From NCBI GenBank assembly GCA_965215475.1, contig OZ244061.1, forward strand, positions 2,176,619 to 2,240,618: DNA of 64,000 bases, given 5' to 3'. The stretch's first letter is position 1. Each line of letters begins with the position of its first letter. Under the pieces are notes generated by a model. That model was not told where the DNA came from. It made no database searches and was given only the letters and a program-made list of their open reading frames with translations. This DNA is from Rhodothermales bacterium (GTDB taxonomy: Bacteria; Bacteroidota; Rhodothermia; Rhodothermales; Bin80). Of the stretch, positions 39,111 through 48,704 are shown piece after piece. A program made the position numbers and the translations under genes.

Positions 39111-41357
39111 ATGACAAAAAGTACAGTTTCATCTGATTCTGCAACAGCTGACTTATTGAAATTGCCACATTTCCCTGAGCGGAGACGTCATCATGACCCA
39201 TTTGCAGACCTGGTGCATCGTGACTCGATAACGAATGATGCGCCGATGATAAAACTGGATTTCCATGTAACGATTCGTGGTGGTCTGGCTTTTGTAAAAG
39301 CAAAACGAACATACATCAACAAAACCAATGGCCCGATTGAAGCTGTGATGAGTCTGCCTGTATCGATTCATGCAGCATTTTTTGGGTTAAGTGCAGTGAT
39401 TGATGGGAAGCATTACGATGCTCAGGCAAAACCAAAGCAGGAAGCACTGGAGACATACGAAGAGGCGATTGATGAAGGCAAGGCAGCTGTACTGCATGAA
39501 GAGTTACTGCGAGGGATTCATTCGATTTCAGTGGGTAATCTTGGCGTAGGGAAAACGGTCATGATTACGGTTCGCTGGGCAGAGTTGCTGCGGTTTCATG
39601 ATGGCGTGGGTCAGTTGCGAATTCCTCTTTCCGTGGGAGATGTATATGGAATATCTCCATTGGAGGATGTGGATACACTAACTGTGGGAGGTCCTATCCC
39701 TGAGGCTACACTTCACATGCAACACGATGCAGAGAGTGTAGAATTAGCTGGCGGTAATTTGCGTCGTGAGGAGGGGGAGGTTTATTCGACAAAAATCCCA
39801 GGCAATGCTCCAATTGAACTGAAGGTGACCGGCGTAGCCCCTTCAGAATTGACCGGTATAAGCCGAGGCGGTCGTCCAGTGACTCTTCAAATATCTCCGC
39901 GCAAGAAACAACGGGTTCCTCTGAATGCCGCCGTACTTGTGGACAGATCAGACTCTATGGGTGCCCAGTGTACATATTTCGATGGGAACTCAGAAACTCG
40001 GCATGAAGCCGTAGTTCGCGGTTTACGTGAACTGCAGCCATTGCTGATAGATCAGGATCGCCTAGCTTTATGGGAGTTCGATACGGATTGTGACAGGGTA
40101 GGGGAATTTACGTCCAACAATCCAAGGGAATTTGGAAGGTTACTCACGAAGCTAAGTGGTCCTCGTGGGGGCACGGCCATCGGTAGGGCCTTAGAAAAGG
40201 TAGGTGCCTCTGAAGAAGGCAAGGACATTTTGTTGATCACCGATGGGCAAAGCTATGATTTAGATGTTCAACGGTTGGCAAAGTCGGGACATCGAATATT
40301 TGCGGTTCTGGTGGGAGAAGGGAGTTTGGAGGCGATGGTTGGGCATCTGGCCGTGCTTAGTGGAGGGGATCTTCATTTCAGTTTTGGGGCAGATGTTGAT
40401 CAGGCGATTCAGGCTTGTATAGAAGGGATGCGCCAAAAACCCAATCAGGGCGCACATTGTGATTTAGATGAAATAGGTTTGCCAGAACGTGTGGTGACGG
40501 TGCAAGGGAATGCGACGATTGAGGCATCTTGGTCCCAGGCAGTTGAGAATCCCCACGTCAATAGCGAATTCTCGGAAGCGGTTGCGGCCTATGCAGCCAG
40601 TTTGGCTTTTGCAGGTGCAGAGGAAGAATGGGCAGCGAGCATAGCAGTTCAGGCTGGATTAGTTACACACCTGACCAGTCTTGTACTTGTAGCTAAAGAT
40701 GCTCAGATCCAAGAAGAGTTGCCAAGGACAATCAAACAGTCACTACCTACTGTGCGAGAAACGGTGTTATGTTTCATCGCTCCATCCATTCGTCATGCGT
40801 CGGCACCAGATCCAAGAAAATATTATTCATCTATTGATCATTCTCGAACGGAATCTTTGGGTGAGATGGATCAGTCGTTGAGTAGCTCTCCCCTGAGCCC
40901 ATCGATTCTGGGGGGGGATATAGATGACAACCCACAAGCCCAGAATACGACTCTACATCCCATATTCAAGTCATCACCGAGTATTGATTGGGATACCATC
41001 GTAAGCTTAGGCAAGCAGATAGATTGGAATACCGAAGGATCCAAGTTGGCCCGTGGTGAGCTTAGAGGAATTCCAGAAGATATTGCAAAAGAAATCACGA
41101 ACTTGGCTGGCAAGGTAGCAGATTTCACGAATCAAATTACTGCGTCTCGACAGAAGTGGGCACTTATTTTTGTAATTGCCCTTGCGGCTTATGCAGTTCA
41201 AGGAGATTCCAAGTGGGCAGCTAGGGTATATCGAAAGATTATTAAAGAAAATAAGATGGTGCCAGAATTAAGTGGTTTAATCCTGATGTATGTTCGCTGG
41301 ATTACAGGTGAGTGGAAGAATCCAGAATCCATTACCGATCGGGATTCAGGAAAGTAG
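39111..41357 (+). CDS. VIT domain + von Willebrand factor A (vWA) domain protein with long C-terminal extension
   Basis: VIT-like N-terminus (LDFHVTIRGGLAFVKAKRTYINKTNGPIEAVMSLPVSIHAAFFGLSAVIDGKHYDAQAKPKQEALETYEEAIDEGKAAVL). vWA with MIDAS DxSxS (AAVLVDRSDSMG ... GGTAIGRALEKV ... ILLITDGQ). About 300 aa of uncharacterised C-terminus with one hydrophobic helix (WALIFVIALAAYAV). Confidence 0.8.
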   Translation: MTKSTVSSDSATADLLKLPHFPERRRHHDPFADLVHRDSITNDAPMIKLDFHVTIRGGLAFVKAKRTYINKTNGPIEAVMSLPVSIHAAFFGLSAVIDGKHYDAQAKPKQEALETYEEAIDEGKAAVLHEELLRGIHSISVGNLGVGKTVMITVRWAELLRFHDGVGQLRIPLSVGDVYGISPLEDVDTLTVGGPIPEATLHMQHDAESVELAGGNLRREEGEVYSTKIPGNAPIELKVTGVAPSELTGISRGGRPVTLQISPRKKQRVPLNAAVLVDRSDSMGAQCTYFDGNSETRHEAVVRGLRELQPLLIDQDRLALWEFDTDCDRVGEFTSNNPREFGRLLTKLSGPRGGTAIGRALEKVGASEEGKDILLITDGQSYDLDVQRLAKSGHRIFAVLVGEGSLEAMVGHLAVLSGGDLHFSFGADVDQAIQACIEGMRQKPNQGAHCDLDEIGLPERVVTVQGNATIEASWSQAVENPHVNSEFSEAVAAYAASLAFAGAEEEWAASIAVQAGLVTHLTSLVLVAKDAQIQEELPRTIKQSLPTVRETVLCFIAPSIRHASAPDPRKYYSSIDHSRTESLGEMDQSLSSSPLSPSILGGDIDDNPQAQNTTLHPIFKSSPSIDWDTIVSLGKQIDWNTEGSKLARGELRGIPEDIAKEITNLAGKVADFTNQITASRQKWALIFVIALAAYAVQGDSKWAARVYRKIIKENKMVPELSGLILMYVRWITGEWKNPESITDRDSGK

Positions 41358-41840
41358 GATCTCTGAGTGATCCGGAGTTCGGCCAAGGACTTGAACGGGT
41401 TATTTCTGATCATGGAGGCTAAACCCTGTAACATCTGTATATCCAGACTGATGTTGCCACCCTTATAGTGTCGTATTGTGTGTAGCATCAATTAGAACTC
41501 AAGCCGGTATCTGTCGAAATTTAGAGTAAAAGTTTGTCTGGAGGATGTATACAACAAAACAGGAAAGAGTCCCACACAGAGGGGAATAACGCTTGCGCAG
41601 ATGTCGATAGTGAGGCACCAGAAGAGTCCGAGAAAGTCGGCATCCCTGTTCTTCTGGAATAAGGTCATGGCTAGAGTGCCATAGCAATACTTTTGTACAG
41701 AGCGAGATCAGGGATGAAGGTGTTGGAGATATGGTCCAAACCCATACTTGATTACAATCAAGATGAGGTGGACAGCATGAACATGTACAGGAAGTGAAGA
41801 TGTTTTTCTTGATGTGTTCACATCTCGTACTTGAATTGGC

Positions 41841-42728
41841 TTATTCAGGAATGACCGAAATCTCATCTTCTGTGGGGAAATTCTCAGGCACAGGTAGAGT
41901 AACTTCACCAGTTGCCAACCATTCTGCGCTACGCTGAAGCAGGGTCCGAAAGCCCACACATCGAAGTGCGCGATCATCTATCTGTCCGTCCCATAAATGA
42001 CCGGGTAGTAAGGTCAAGACTTTCCCTTCCCCGAATTGGATCCACCAGATCATAAGTTCATGTCTTCCCGTTCCCCCGGGTTCTGTTTCACTCCATGCAG
42101 TTGCAAGCACATTCATCCCTTCTGCCGGACCGCGCTGACCATGATAGAGTTCATCATGGGGATGTAGCCATACTTCTGGTAATCCAGTCATAATTGGATG
42201 TTCGGAATCTCGAGTTGTGATGATCCAGTCGTGTAACCGTCCATGTCCAGCACCTCGGTCTTCTCCGGGGTCTATACGAATTAACCCGATCTCTTCATCC
42301 CAATAGGCCCCATACCCCACCTCTTTTCCCCTCCATAAAAGCCCGACCATTGTTTCATAGGCCTCCCATTCTGGAAAGGGATTGTTTGCGGCGTGCTGAA
42401 CCAAAACACTCCCTCCCCCCGAAACATATTCCTCAAAGCTTTTTCGAACACGTTCCGGCCACAGTTCTCCATTGTACGCTAATAGGACCATATCATAGGC
42501 ATCAAATGCAGGGTTCCAATCCTCCCAAGCTTGTTGATCTGCTTCTTTGCCCGGGGTCAAGGTTATATCAATCGAAAACATGTCTGCGTCTAGGAGAGTG
42601 CGTTCAAGATGTATTATCGTGCGCTCCCAATCATGATTGTTCTGCCCAGATACAATGAGGACAGAGGACGGATTCGGGATTCCAATCGCTAAGGCTAAGC
42701 CCCAGAAGAGGTATATCGCGGTAATCAT
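41841..42728 (-). CDS. ThuA-domain protein (second paralog in window)
   Basis: VLIVSGQNNHDWERT..., WNPAFDAYDMVLLAYNGELWPE..., VLVQHAANNPFPEW; ThuA-like pattern with a signal/anchor N-terminus. Confidence 0.72.
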   Translation of the reverse strand: MITAIYLFWGLALAIGIPNPSSVLIVSGQNNHDWERTIIHLERTLLDADMFSIDITLTPGKEADQQAWEDWNPAFDAYDMVLLAYNGELWPERVRKSFEEYVSGGGSVLVQHAANNPFPEWEAYETMVGLLWRGKEVGYGAYWDEEIGLIRIDPGEDRGAGHGRLHDWIITTRDSEHPIMTGLPEVWLHPHDELYHGQRGPAEGMNVLATAWSETEPGGTGRHELMIWWIQFGEGKVLTLLPGHLWDGQIDDRALRCVGFRTLLQRSAEWLATGEVTLPVPENFPTEDEISVIPE

Positions 42729-43068
42729 TTTGTATCTTATGACGAAATGTGATAGAGTTCAAGTATACGAAATCTCTTAATTGATAATTGCGTACTTTGC
42801 AAAAAAGATTTGTGAAATCTTGTGATTTGATCCAACAACAGAAACGAATTTCATCGGCTTAGAATTGAGTTGGTACCCAGAAGGTTCATGTTAGAGTGGT
42901 CTGCGCTTTATCAAAGAGCTAATCCAATCTCTTGGCCATTAGAACAGTATTCTAAGATCTTTGATGTGCTCGGTTAGTATGAGAGTCGGCATGCTTTTGG
43001 GAGTTACAAGCAATAACGACAACAGGGCGAACGTCAATTAGGCCTCAAAAACTTTCCTTGATACGAAA

Positions 43069-44508
43069 ATGGATTGGACAGGACTGCAGCCCGAGATGAT
43101 TCGAAGCGAGCTAGTGGAAATTGTGGGGGAGCCACATGTATCCACCGATGAATCGGATCGGCTTGTATATTCCACGGATTGGTTTTGGCTACCACAGATG
43201 TGGCTCGATCGTGGAGAAACCCCTCGTAAACCCGACTATATTGTGAGGCCAGGGAGTGCAGAGGAGATTTCAGAGATTCTTAAGGTAGCCAACAACTATC
43301 GGATTCCGGTTATCCCGTGGGGAGGTGGATCTGGCTCCCAAGGTGGTGCTTTACCTGTGTTCGGAGGAATTATTCTGGATACAAAGCGGATGAATCGGAT
43401 TATTGAGATTGACGAAAAATCTCTCACAGTCACGGCAGAAGCTGGTATCAACGGGAAGCAATTGGAATGGGCGGTGAACGAGAAGAGACTTATGCTTCCA
43501 CATTATCCCGCATCAGCAAACTGTGCAACACTTGGGGGATATTTAGCTCCGCGTGGGACAGGGACCATCAGCAATAAGTATGGGAAGGCAGAAGATCTTG
43601 TGCTACGTATGCAAGTGGTTTTACCCGACGGACACATTTTACGTACACCGATTGTGCCTCAACATGCATCGGGGCCGGATTTTTATCGTCTTTTCCTGGG
43701 ATCCGAGGGAACGTTCGGAGTGATCACCGAAGCAACGATGCAACTGGACTATCTACCCAACTGTCGGCTTCTTCGTGCAGTTCTCTTTGATGACTTGACG
43801 AAAGCACTCGAAGCTGGGCGCCAGATTATGACACGCCGGTTAGATCCTTTTGTCATCCGCTTGTATGATCCTCGCTCAACTGCCTCCCGGGTGAAGAAGA
43901 TCTTGGGGTATGAGCTTGAAGGGGCCTATATGGTCATTGGATTTGATGGTGATGAAGAGATCGCAGTTTTACAGGAGCAGAAAGCGATGGAGATCATTAA
44001 CAAATTCGGGGCGAAGGATCTTGGACGAGAACCTGGAGAAGCCTGGTGGAATCAGAGATACGATTTTTATTATCCACCTCAAAGTCTCAAGTTGCCCTGG
44101 ATGTATGGGACCACAGAAACCGTGACAACTTACGATAAAATCGAAAAGCTATACTTCGCAGAAAAGAAAGCGGTGGAAGAAGGATTCAAAGAATGGGACA
44201 TTGACTTCATTGGTCATTTTTCTCACTGGTTTCACTGGGGGGTGATGGTTTACACACGGTTCATTATTCAAAATCCACCCGATGATGCCCGTGAAGCCGT
44301 AAGATTGCATAATCGGGTATGGAATACAGCGATGACGGCAGTACTGGAAAACGGTGGGATGGTGAATGAGCATCACGGTGTCGGACTGAAGCTTTCGCGC
44401 TTCATGCGCCGTCAGTATGGAGATGCATGGCCATTACTGGAAAAGATCAAGAGATCGCTGGATCCAAACGGGATCATGAATCCAGGTAAAGTAGGGTTTG
44501 GACATTAG
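43069..44508 (+). CDS. FAD-linked oxidase (GlcD / alkyl-DHAP-synthase-like, FAD_binding_4 + C-terminal cap)
   Basis: IVRPGSAEEISEILKVANNYRIPVIPWGGGSGSQGG, LGSEGTFGVITEATMQL, C-terminal NEHHGVGLK...DPNGIMNPGK. Confidence 0.85.
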   Translation: MDWTGLQPEMIRSELVEIVGEPHVSTDESDRLVYSTDWFWLPQMWLDRGETPRKPDYIVRPGSAEEISEILKVANNYRIPVIPWGGGSGSQGGALPVFGGIILDTKRMNRIIEIDEKSLTVTAEAGINGKQLEWAVNEKRLMLPHYPASANCATLGGYLAPRGTGTISNKYGKAEDLVLRMQVVLPDGHILRTPIVPQHASGPDFYRLFLGSEGTFGVITEATMQLDYLPNCRLLRAVLFDDLTKALEAGRQIMTRRLDPFVIRLYDPRSTASRVKKILGYELEGAYMVIGFDGDEEIAVLQEQKAMEIINKFGAKDLGREPGEAWWNQRYDFYYPPQSLKLPWMYGTTETVTTYDKIEKLYFAEKKAVEEGFKEWDIDFIGHFSHWFHWGVMVYTRFIIQNPPDDAREAVRLHNRVWNTAMTAVLENGGMVNEHHGVGLKLSRFMRRQYGDAWPLLEKIKRSLDPNGIMNPGKVGFGH

Positions 44509-44516
44509 TAGCCCCC

Positions 44517-45611
44517 ATGAACACCGTCATCAACGCGATAGAGAACTGCCGCTTCTGTCTGATGTGCAGACATGTGGCTCCTGTGGGGCATGTGACACAT
44601 AACGAATCTCTTACGCCCCATGGCATTGCTTTGGTTGCTTCCATGCAACGCCATAAAAATCTTCCTTGGACCGTCAGTTCCTTGGATGTCCTCTATGCAG
44701 AACCCGATGGGGGAAATTGTCGAGCTCATTGTGTTACCGACCAGCCCTTGCCCGCTGCGATTGCTGCCATTCGTGCCGAGGTAGCGAAGGATGGGCTTGC
44801 CCCCGTCGCAATCAAACAGATCCATGATCGAATCCAGACGAATCATTCGGTCTTTGGGAGTTATCAGCCGACAGCATCACAAGGCAAATGGGGACTTTTC
44901 GTAGGAGATGCAGGCTTCAATCTTGCCCCAAAAACCATGCAGGCAGCTTTGGAGCTAGTCACTGCCTGTGGAATCGATGCAGTTCCCATAGGTCGAGGAC
45001 TTGACAGCGGATTTATTCCCTGCTCTCTTGGATATCCCGATACGGCCCGCAAGCAGGCCAAGTTGTGTATGGATGAATTGCAGGGGGGCGGTGTGAAGAA
45101 GTTATTGGTACTTTCGCCTCAAGATCTTTTCGCCTTTTCTCAGATGTATGAAGAACGATTAGGGCTGCCTTGGCCCGAAGAGGTTGTTCTGATAGATCTA
45201 GTTGATTTTCTGGCGGACCAAATTCGGGACGGACATCTCAGGATTAAGCCATTGCCGAAGACCACGCAGAATCTTACGGCCTATGTGGATCCTACACATG
45301 CGGTTCGACTTCCCGCGCGCTTTGATGATGCGCGCACACTTTGCAAAGCCGCATTAGGAGGTCCTCCTTTGGAATTATTCTGGCGCCGTGAACGTGCCCA
45401 TCCTGTCGGAAGTACGGCGATCCAGTTTACACGCCCAGACATCGGAATTCAACTTACAGAATCGCGGCTGCACGATGCCATGAGCCGAGGAGCACAAACC
45501 CTTTTGTGTGATGATCCTGCAACACTCTACGAGCTCGGTCTCCGAAATAATCATCCGATGAAGGTTCAGTGTCTGTATGAATTGTTATTTGCACAGTTAT
45601 CAGAGGGGTGA
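44517..45611 (+). CDS. (Fe-S)-binding protein with CCG-type domains (GlcF/heterodisulfide-reductase-like)
   Basis: N-terminal cluster CRFCLMCRHVAP; the C-terminal halves resemble Cys-rich CCG repeats (…VLSPQDLF…, …LLCDDPATLYEL…). It follows the FAD oxidase after an 8-nt gap. Confidence 0.65.
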   Translation: MNTVINAIENCRFCLMCRHVAPVGHVTHNESLTPHGIALVASMQRHKNLPWTVSSLDVLYAEPDGGNCRAHCVTDQPLPAAIAAIRAEVAKDGLAPVAIKQIHDRIQTNHSVFGSYQPTASQGKWGLFVGDAGFNLAPKTMQAALELVTACGIDAVPIGRGLDSGFIPCSLGYPDTARKQAKLCMDELQGGGVKKLLVLSPQDLFAFSQMYEERLGLPWPEEVVLIDLVDFLADQIRDGHLRIKPLPKTTQNLTAYVDPTHAVRLPARFDDARTLCKAALGGPPLELFWRRERAHPVGSTAIQFTRPDIGIQLTESRLHDAMSRGAQTLLCDDPATLYELGLRNNHPMKVQCLYELLFAQLSEG

Positions 45612-45613
45612 TC

Positions 45614-46840
45614 ATGGCCAATACTGTCGTGCTTATTGGTACGTTGGATACCAAAGGCCCCGAAATGGCCTATCTACGTGATCGTCTACAGGAGTTGGGA
45701 TTATCTACCATTGTGATTGATTCTGGAATTCTTGGGGAACCGCTGGACATCGTACCGGACATCCCTCATGAAAAATCAGCAACCTATGCGGGGTCAAGCC
45801 TTGAAGCCATGCGTTCGGCAGGGAGTCGGGGGAAAGCTGTTGCTTTGATGCGGAAATCACTCAGGAATCTAATGTCGGAGTTGTATGAACGTGACCAACT
45901 TGATGCCGTAGTGAGTATGGGTGGCGCAGAAGGAGCCGTTATGGGGGCGGCAGCAATGATGGTTCTTCCTGTTGGTGTTCCTAAGGTATTAGTGTCCCCC
46001 ATTGCTTCTGGATATCATTTTTTTGAGCCACTAGTGGGAACACGTGACATGATGATTGTCCACTCCGTGGTGGATATTTTAGGGCTGAATCCTATTGCTT
46101 GTAGCGTTTTTGACAATGTAGCTGCAGCACTATACGGAATGGTAATGCATGGTCGAGGCTTGTCTGCTCCAAAGGGACGCAATATTGCCATGACCATGCT
46201 TGGCAATACCACTACTGCGGTGATGGCTGCAAAAACTCGCCTGGAAAATGCGGGTTACGAGGCGGTTATTTTTCACTCCAATGGTGTGGGTGGCCCCGCG
46301 ATGGAAGAATTGGCAGTGCAAGATCAGTTTGTTGGCGTGATTGATTTTACAACCAACGAGGTATATGACCCACTTGTAGGGGGAATTCACGACGGTGGGC
46401 CCGACCGATTGGAGGTGATCGGTCGTCTAGGGCTACCACAAGTCGTTGTTCCGGGATGTATTGATTTCAGCGTCTGGAATGCAGGGACTGTACCGGACCT
46501 GTTAAACGGTCGTCCCATGTATGATCATAATCCAGAATATGTACTGGTTCGAGCCTCCAGCGATGAAATGGCAGAACTAGGAAGAATCTTTGCTCAGAAA
46601 CTCAATCCAGCGAAGGGCCCTGTTAAAATGGCGATTCCTCTCCAAGGATTATCGATTCCCAACGTGCCGGAGGGCGTGTTTTGGGATCCCGATGCCGATT
46701 CCAGATTCATTGGAGAACTCAAACAGCACTTGCGTACGGGCATTCCGATAGAACTCTATGAATGCCATGTAAATGACCCTGCATTTGGGGAAGCAGTGGC
46801 AGACTTGTTTATCCATCTAATTGAACCACAACGATCATGA
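45614..46840 (+). CDS. UPF0261 / Tm-1-like ATP-binding domain protein
   Basis: MANTVVLIGTLDTKGPEMAYLRDRL... and ...GGAEGAVMGAAAM..LPVGVPKVLVSP... match my memory of the UPF0261 N-terminal signature. The start region overlaps the upstream stop. Confidence 0.7.
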   Translation: MANTVVLIGTLDTKGPEMAYLRDRLQELGLSTIVIDSGILGEPLDIVPDIPHEKSATYAGSSLEAMRSAGSRGKAVALMRKSLRNLMSELYERDQLDAVVSMGGAEGAVMGAAAMMVLPVGVPKVLVSPIASGYHFFEPLVGTRDMMIVHSVVDILGLNPIACSVFDNVAAALYGMVMHGRGLSAPKGRNIAMTMLGNTTTAVMAAKTRLENAGYEAVIFHSNGVGGPAMEELAVQDQFVGVIDFTTNEVYDPLVGGIHDGGPDRLEVIGRLGLPQVVVPGCIDFSVWNAGTVPDLLNGRPMYDHNPEYVLVRASSDEMAELGRIFAQKLNPAKGPVKMAIPLQGLSIPNVPEGVFWDPDADSRFIGELKQHLRTGIPIELYECHVNDPAFGEAVADLFIHLIEPQRS

Positions 46841-47763
46841 TCACATCACCACCAAAAGACTTGAGTCATCTACCGAAACTCACCGAGGGAGACGATGACT
46901 TCCGAGCACAATTTTTATCTTGGGATTTGGGGAACCTGACGATAACGGATATTAGGAATTATCTCGAACACAAGGATATCATTCTGGTGCCCGTGGCAAG
47001 CTTAGAGCAACATGGTTCCCATCTGCCTCTTTATACAGACACCGTTACCGCGGTACATATCTCGGAGCGTATAGGACATCTGATCGGCGTTTTGCATTCT
47101 CCACCTATCTGGATGGGGTACTCGCCGCAGCATATGCATGAACCAGGTGAGGGGCGTGGCACCATTACGGTCCGAAGTACTACGCTTTTAGCCGTAATGC
47201 ATGATGTTGCGCGCAGTTTGATTCATCACGGATTCAATCGGATTATTTTCATTAATGGTCACGGTTCGAACATTAAGGTAGTAGATCCGGTCCTAAGAAA
47301 ACTTCGTTATGAAACAGGAGCCCTGATCAGTTTTGTAAAGCCGTATATGGAGAGATATACGGGAATATTGAAGGGACTGATGGAGAACCCGCCCGAAGAA
47401 ACACCAGGTTGGCATGCCAGTGAATTGGAGACTGCGCAAGACCTGGCGTGGAACGAAGATCTAGTTCGAATGGAGAGAGCCGCATACACCAAAGCTCATA
47501 TTCCTGATTTTCTACCGAAATCCTTTGCGAAAAAGGATGGGATGCCGGATGTGGAATTCGAGGGGTATACCTATTTCAACTTTCCAATGGATCATCATGA
47601 ATTTATTGAAAGCGGTGTTATCGGCAATCCCTTGCGTGCGACGAAAGAAAAGGGAGAAGAAGCGTTTCGGCGCCTATCTGAGCATGTGGCCCGTGGTATT
47701 TTGGAACTCATGAAAGTTCCGGTAAAAGTGCATACCCGAGAATTTGTTGATCGGGTAATGTGA
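46837..47763 (+). CDS. creatininase-family amidohydrolase
   Basis: ILVPVASLEQHGSHLPLYTDT..., INGHGSN, ...HASELETA; creatinine-amidohydrolase/MftE-like metal-binding motifs. ATGA overlap with the upstream gene. Confidence 0.78.
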   Translation: MITSPPKDLSHLPKLTEGDDDFRAQFLSWDLGNLTITDIRNYLEHKDIILVPVASLEQHGSHLPLYTDTVTAVHISERIGHLIGVLHSPPIWMGYSPQHMHEPGEGRGTITVRSTTLLAVMHDVARSLIHHGFNRIIFINGHGSNIKVVDPVLRKLRYETGALISFVKPYMERYTGILKGLMENPPEETPGWHASELETAQDLAWNEDLVRMERAAYTKAHIPDFLPKSFAKKDGMPDVEFEGYTYFNFPMDHHEFIESGVIGNPLRATKEKGEEAFRRLSEHVARGILELMKVPVKVHTREFVDRVM

Positions 47764-47819
47764 CAGGCAGGACGAAAGGTACAATCAATCCAATCCTCTG
47801 CTACCAAATGATTGATCAA

Positions 47820-48704
47820 TCAGATCAACGGGAGAAGGGTTTCAGCAGAGCGTCGAACATGCATCTCGTAAAAGTCGGAGCTAAAAACGCTACTACCGTG
47901 ATCCTCTAAAAATTTGCGCTCTGAATCTGAAATCCCTTCAGGATTCAAGTCAACACTATCAGGGAATCGGTTGGCTGGTGTTCGATCAAGTGGAGGGCAA
48001 AATTCGACAGAAAGAGCACCTTCATAGGCGATATCCTTGAGCGTTTGAATGATTGCTGGCCAGTCAAACGATCCCATGCCGCATGCCATACGGTTATTGT
48101 CTGCAACGTGAAAGTTTACCAAGCGACTACCGACCTCGTGAATTGTACTGATCGGATCATCTTCTTCCAGGTTCATATGAAAGATGTCGAGGCAAACGCC
48201 GCAATCTGGGGCGACTGCTTCTGCAAGGGCCAATGCCTGAGCTCCGCGATTGACGAAGTAGGTTTCAAACCGGTTGATCGGCTCAATGCCAATTTTCACG
48301 CCATATTCACGGCCATAGGCATTAATTTCTTTCAGCGCGTCAACACACCAATCCCATTCGTTTTCTGGTGTTGAGTCCGGGACTATTTTGCCGACCGTAC
48401 CTGGGACGACTGAAATTACTTCTCCGCCCAGCTCTCCCACCATTCGGATACAATCTTTCACGTAGGTTACGGACTTTGCACGCTGATTTTCATCCTTCGC
48501 GAGCAGGTTGCGCTCATCCAGCATGAGAGTTACACTTCCCCAACACCGCACCCCATGATCGTCCAGAAGTTTCTTAACCTCAGTCGGATCGTATTTATAG
48601 GGTTCTCCCTGGATTTCCAAGGCTTTATAACCATACTTGAGTAACCGCTTGACGGTCGTTTCAAGTGGTTCTACTTTCATCCAGTTATGAATTGCAAGGT
48701 ACAT
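47820..48704 (-). CDS. sugar phosphate isomerase/epimerase (xylose-isomerase-like TIM barrel)
   Basis: 294 aa. YKALEIQGEP..., GIEPINRFETYFVN, CLDIFHMNLEE, NFHVADNNR; typical AP-endonuclease-2/TIM-barrel family motifs. Confidence 0.8.
   Translation of the reverse strand: MYLAIHNWMKVEPLETTVKRLLKYGYKALEIQGEPYKYDPTEVKKLLDDHGVRCWGSVTLMLDERNLLAKDENQRAKSVTYVKDCIRMVGELGGEVISVVPGTVGKIVPDSTPENEWDWCVDALKEINAYGREYGVKIGIEPINRFETYFVNRGAQALALAEAVAPDCGVCLDIFHMNLEEDDPISTIHEVGSRLVNFHVADNNRMACGMGSFDWPAIIQTLKDIAYEGALSVEFCPPLDRTPANRFPDSVDLNPEGISDSERKFLEDHGSSVFSSDFYEMHVRRSAETLLPLI

Noticed and set aside
42890-42970. 8-bp inverted repeat atcaaaga...tctttgat upstream of the FAD-oxidase operon, as an operator.
   Set aside because: Too short and too widely spaced (about 40 nt) to distinguish from chance, and no cognate regulator gene is adjacent.
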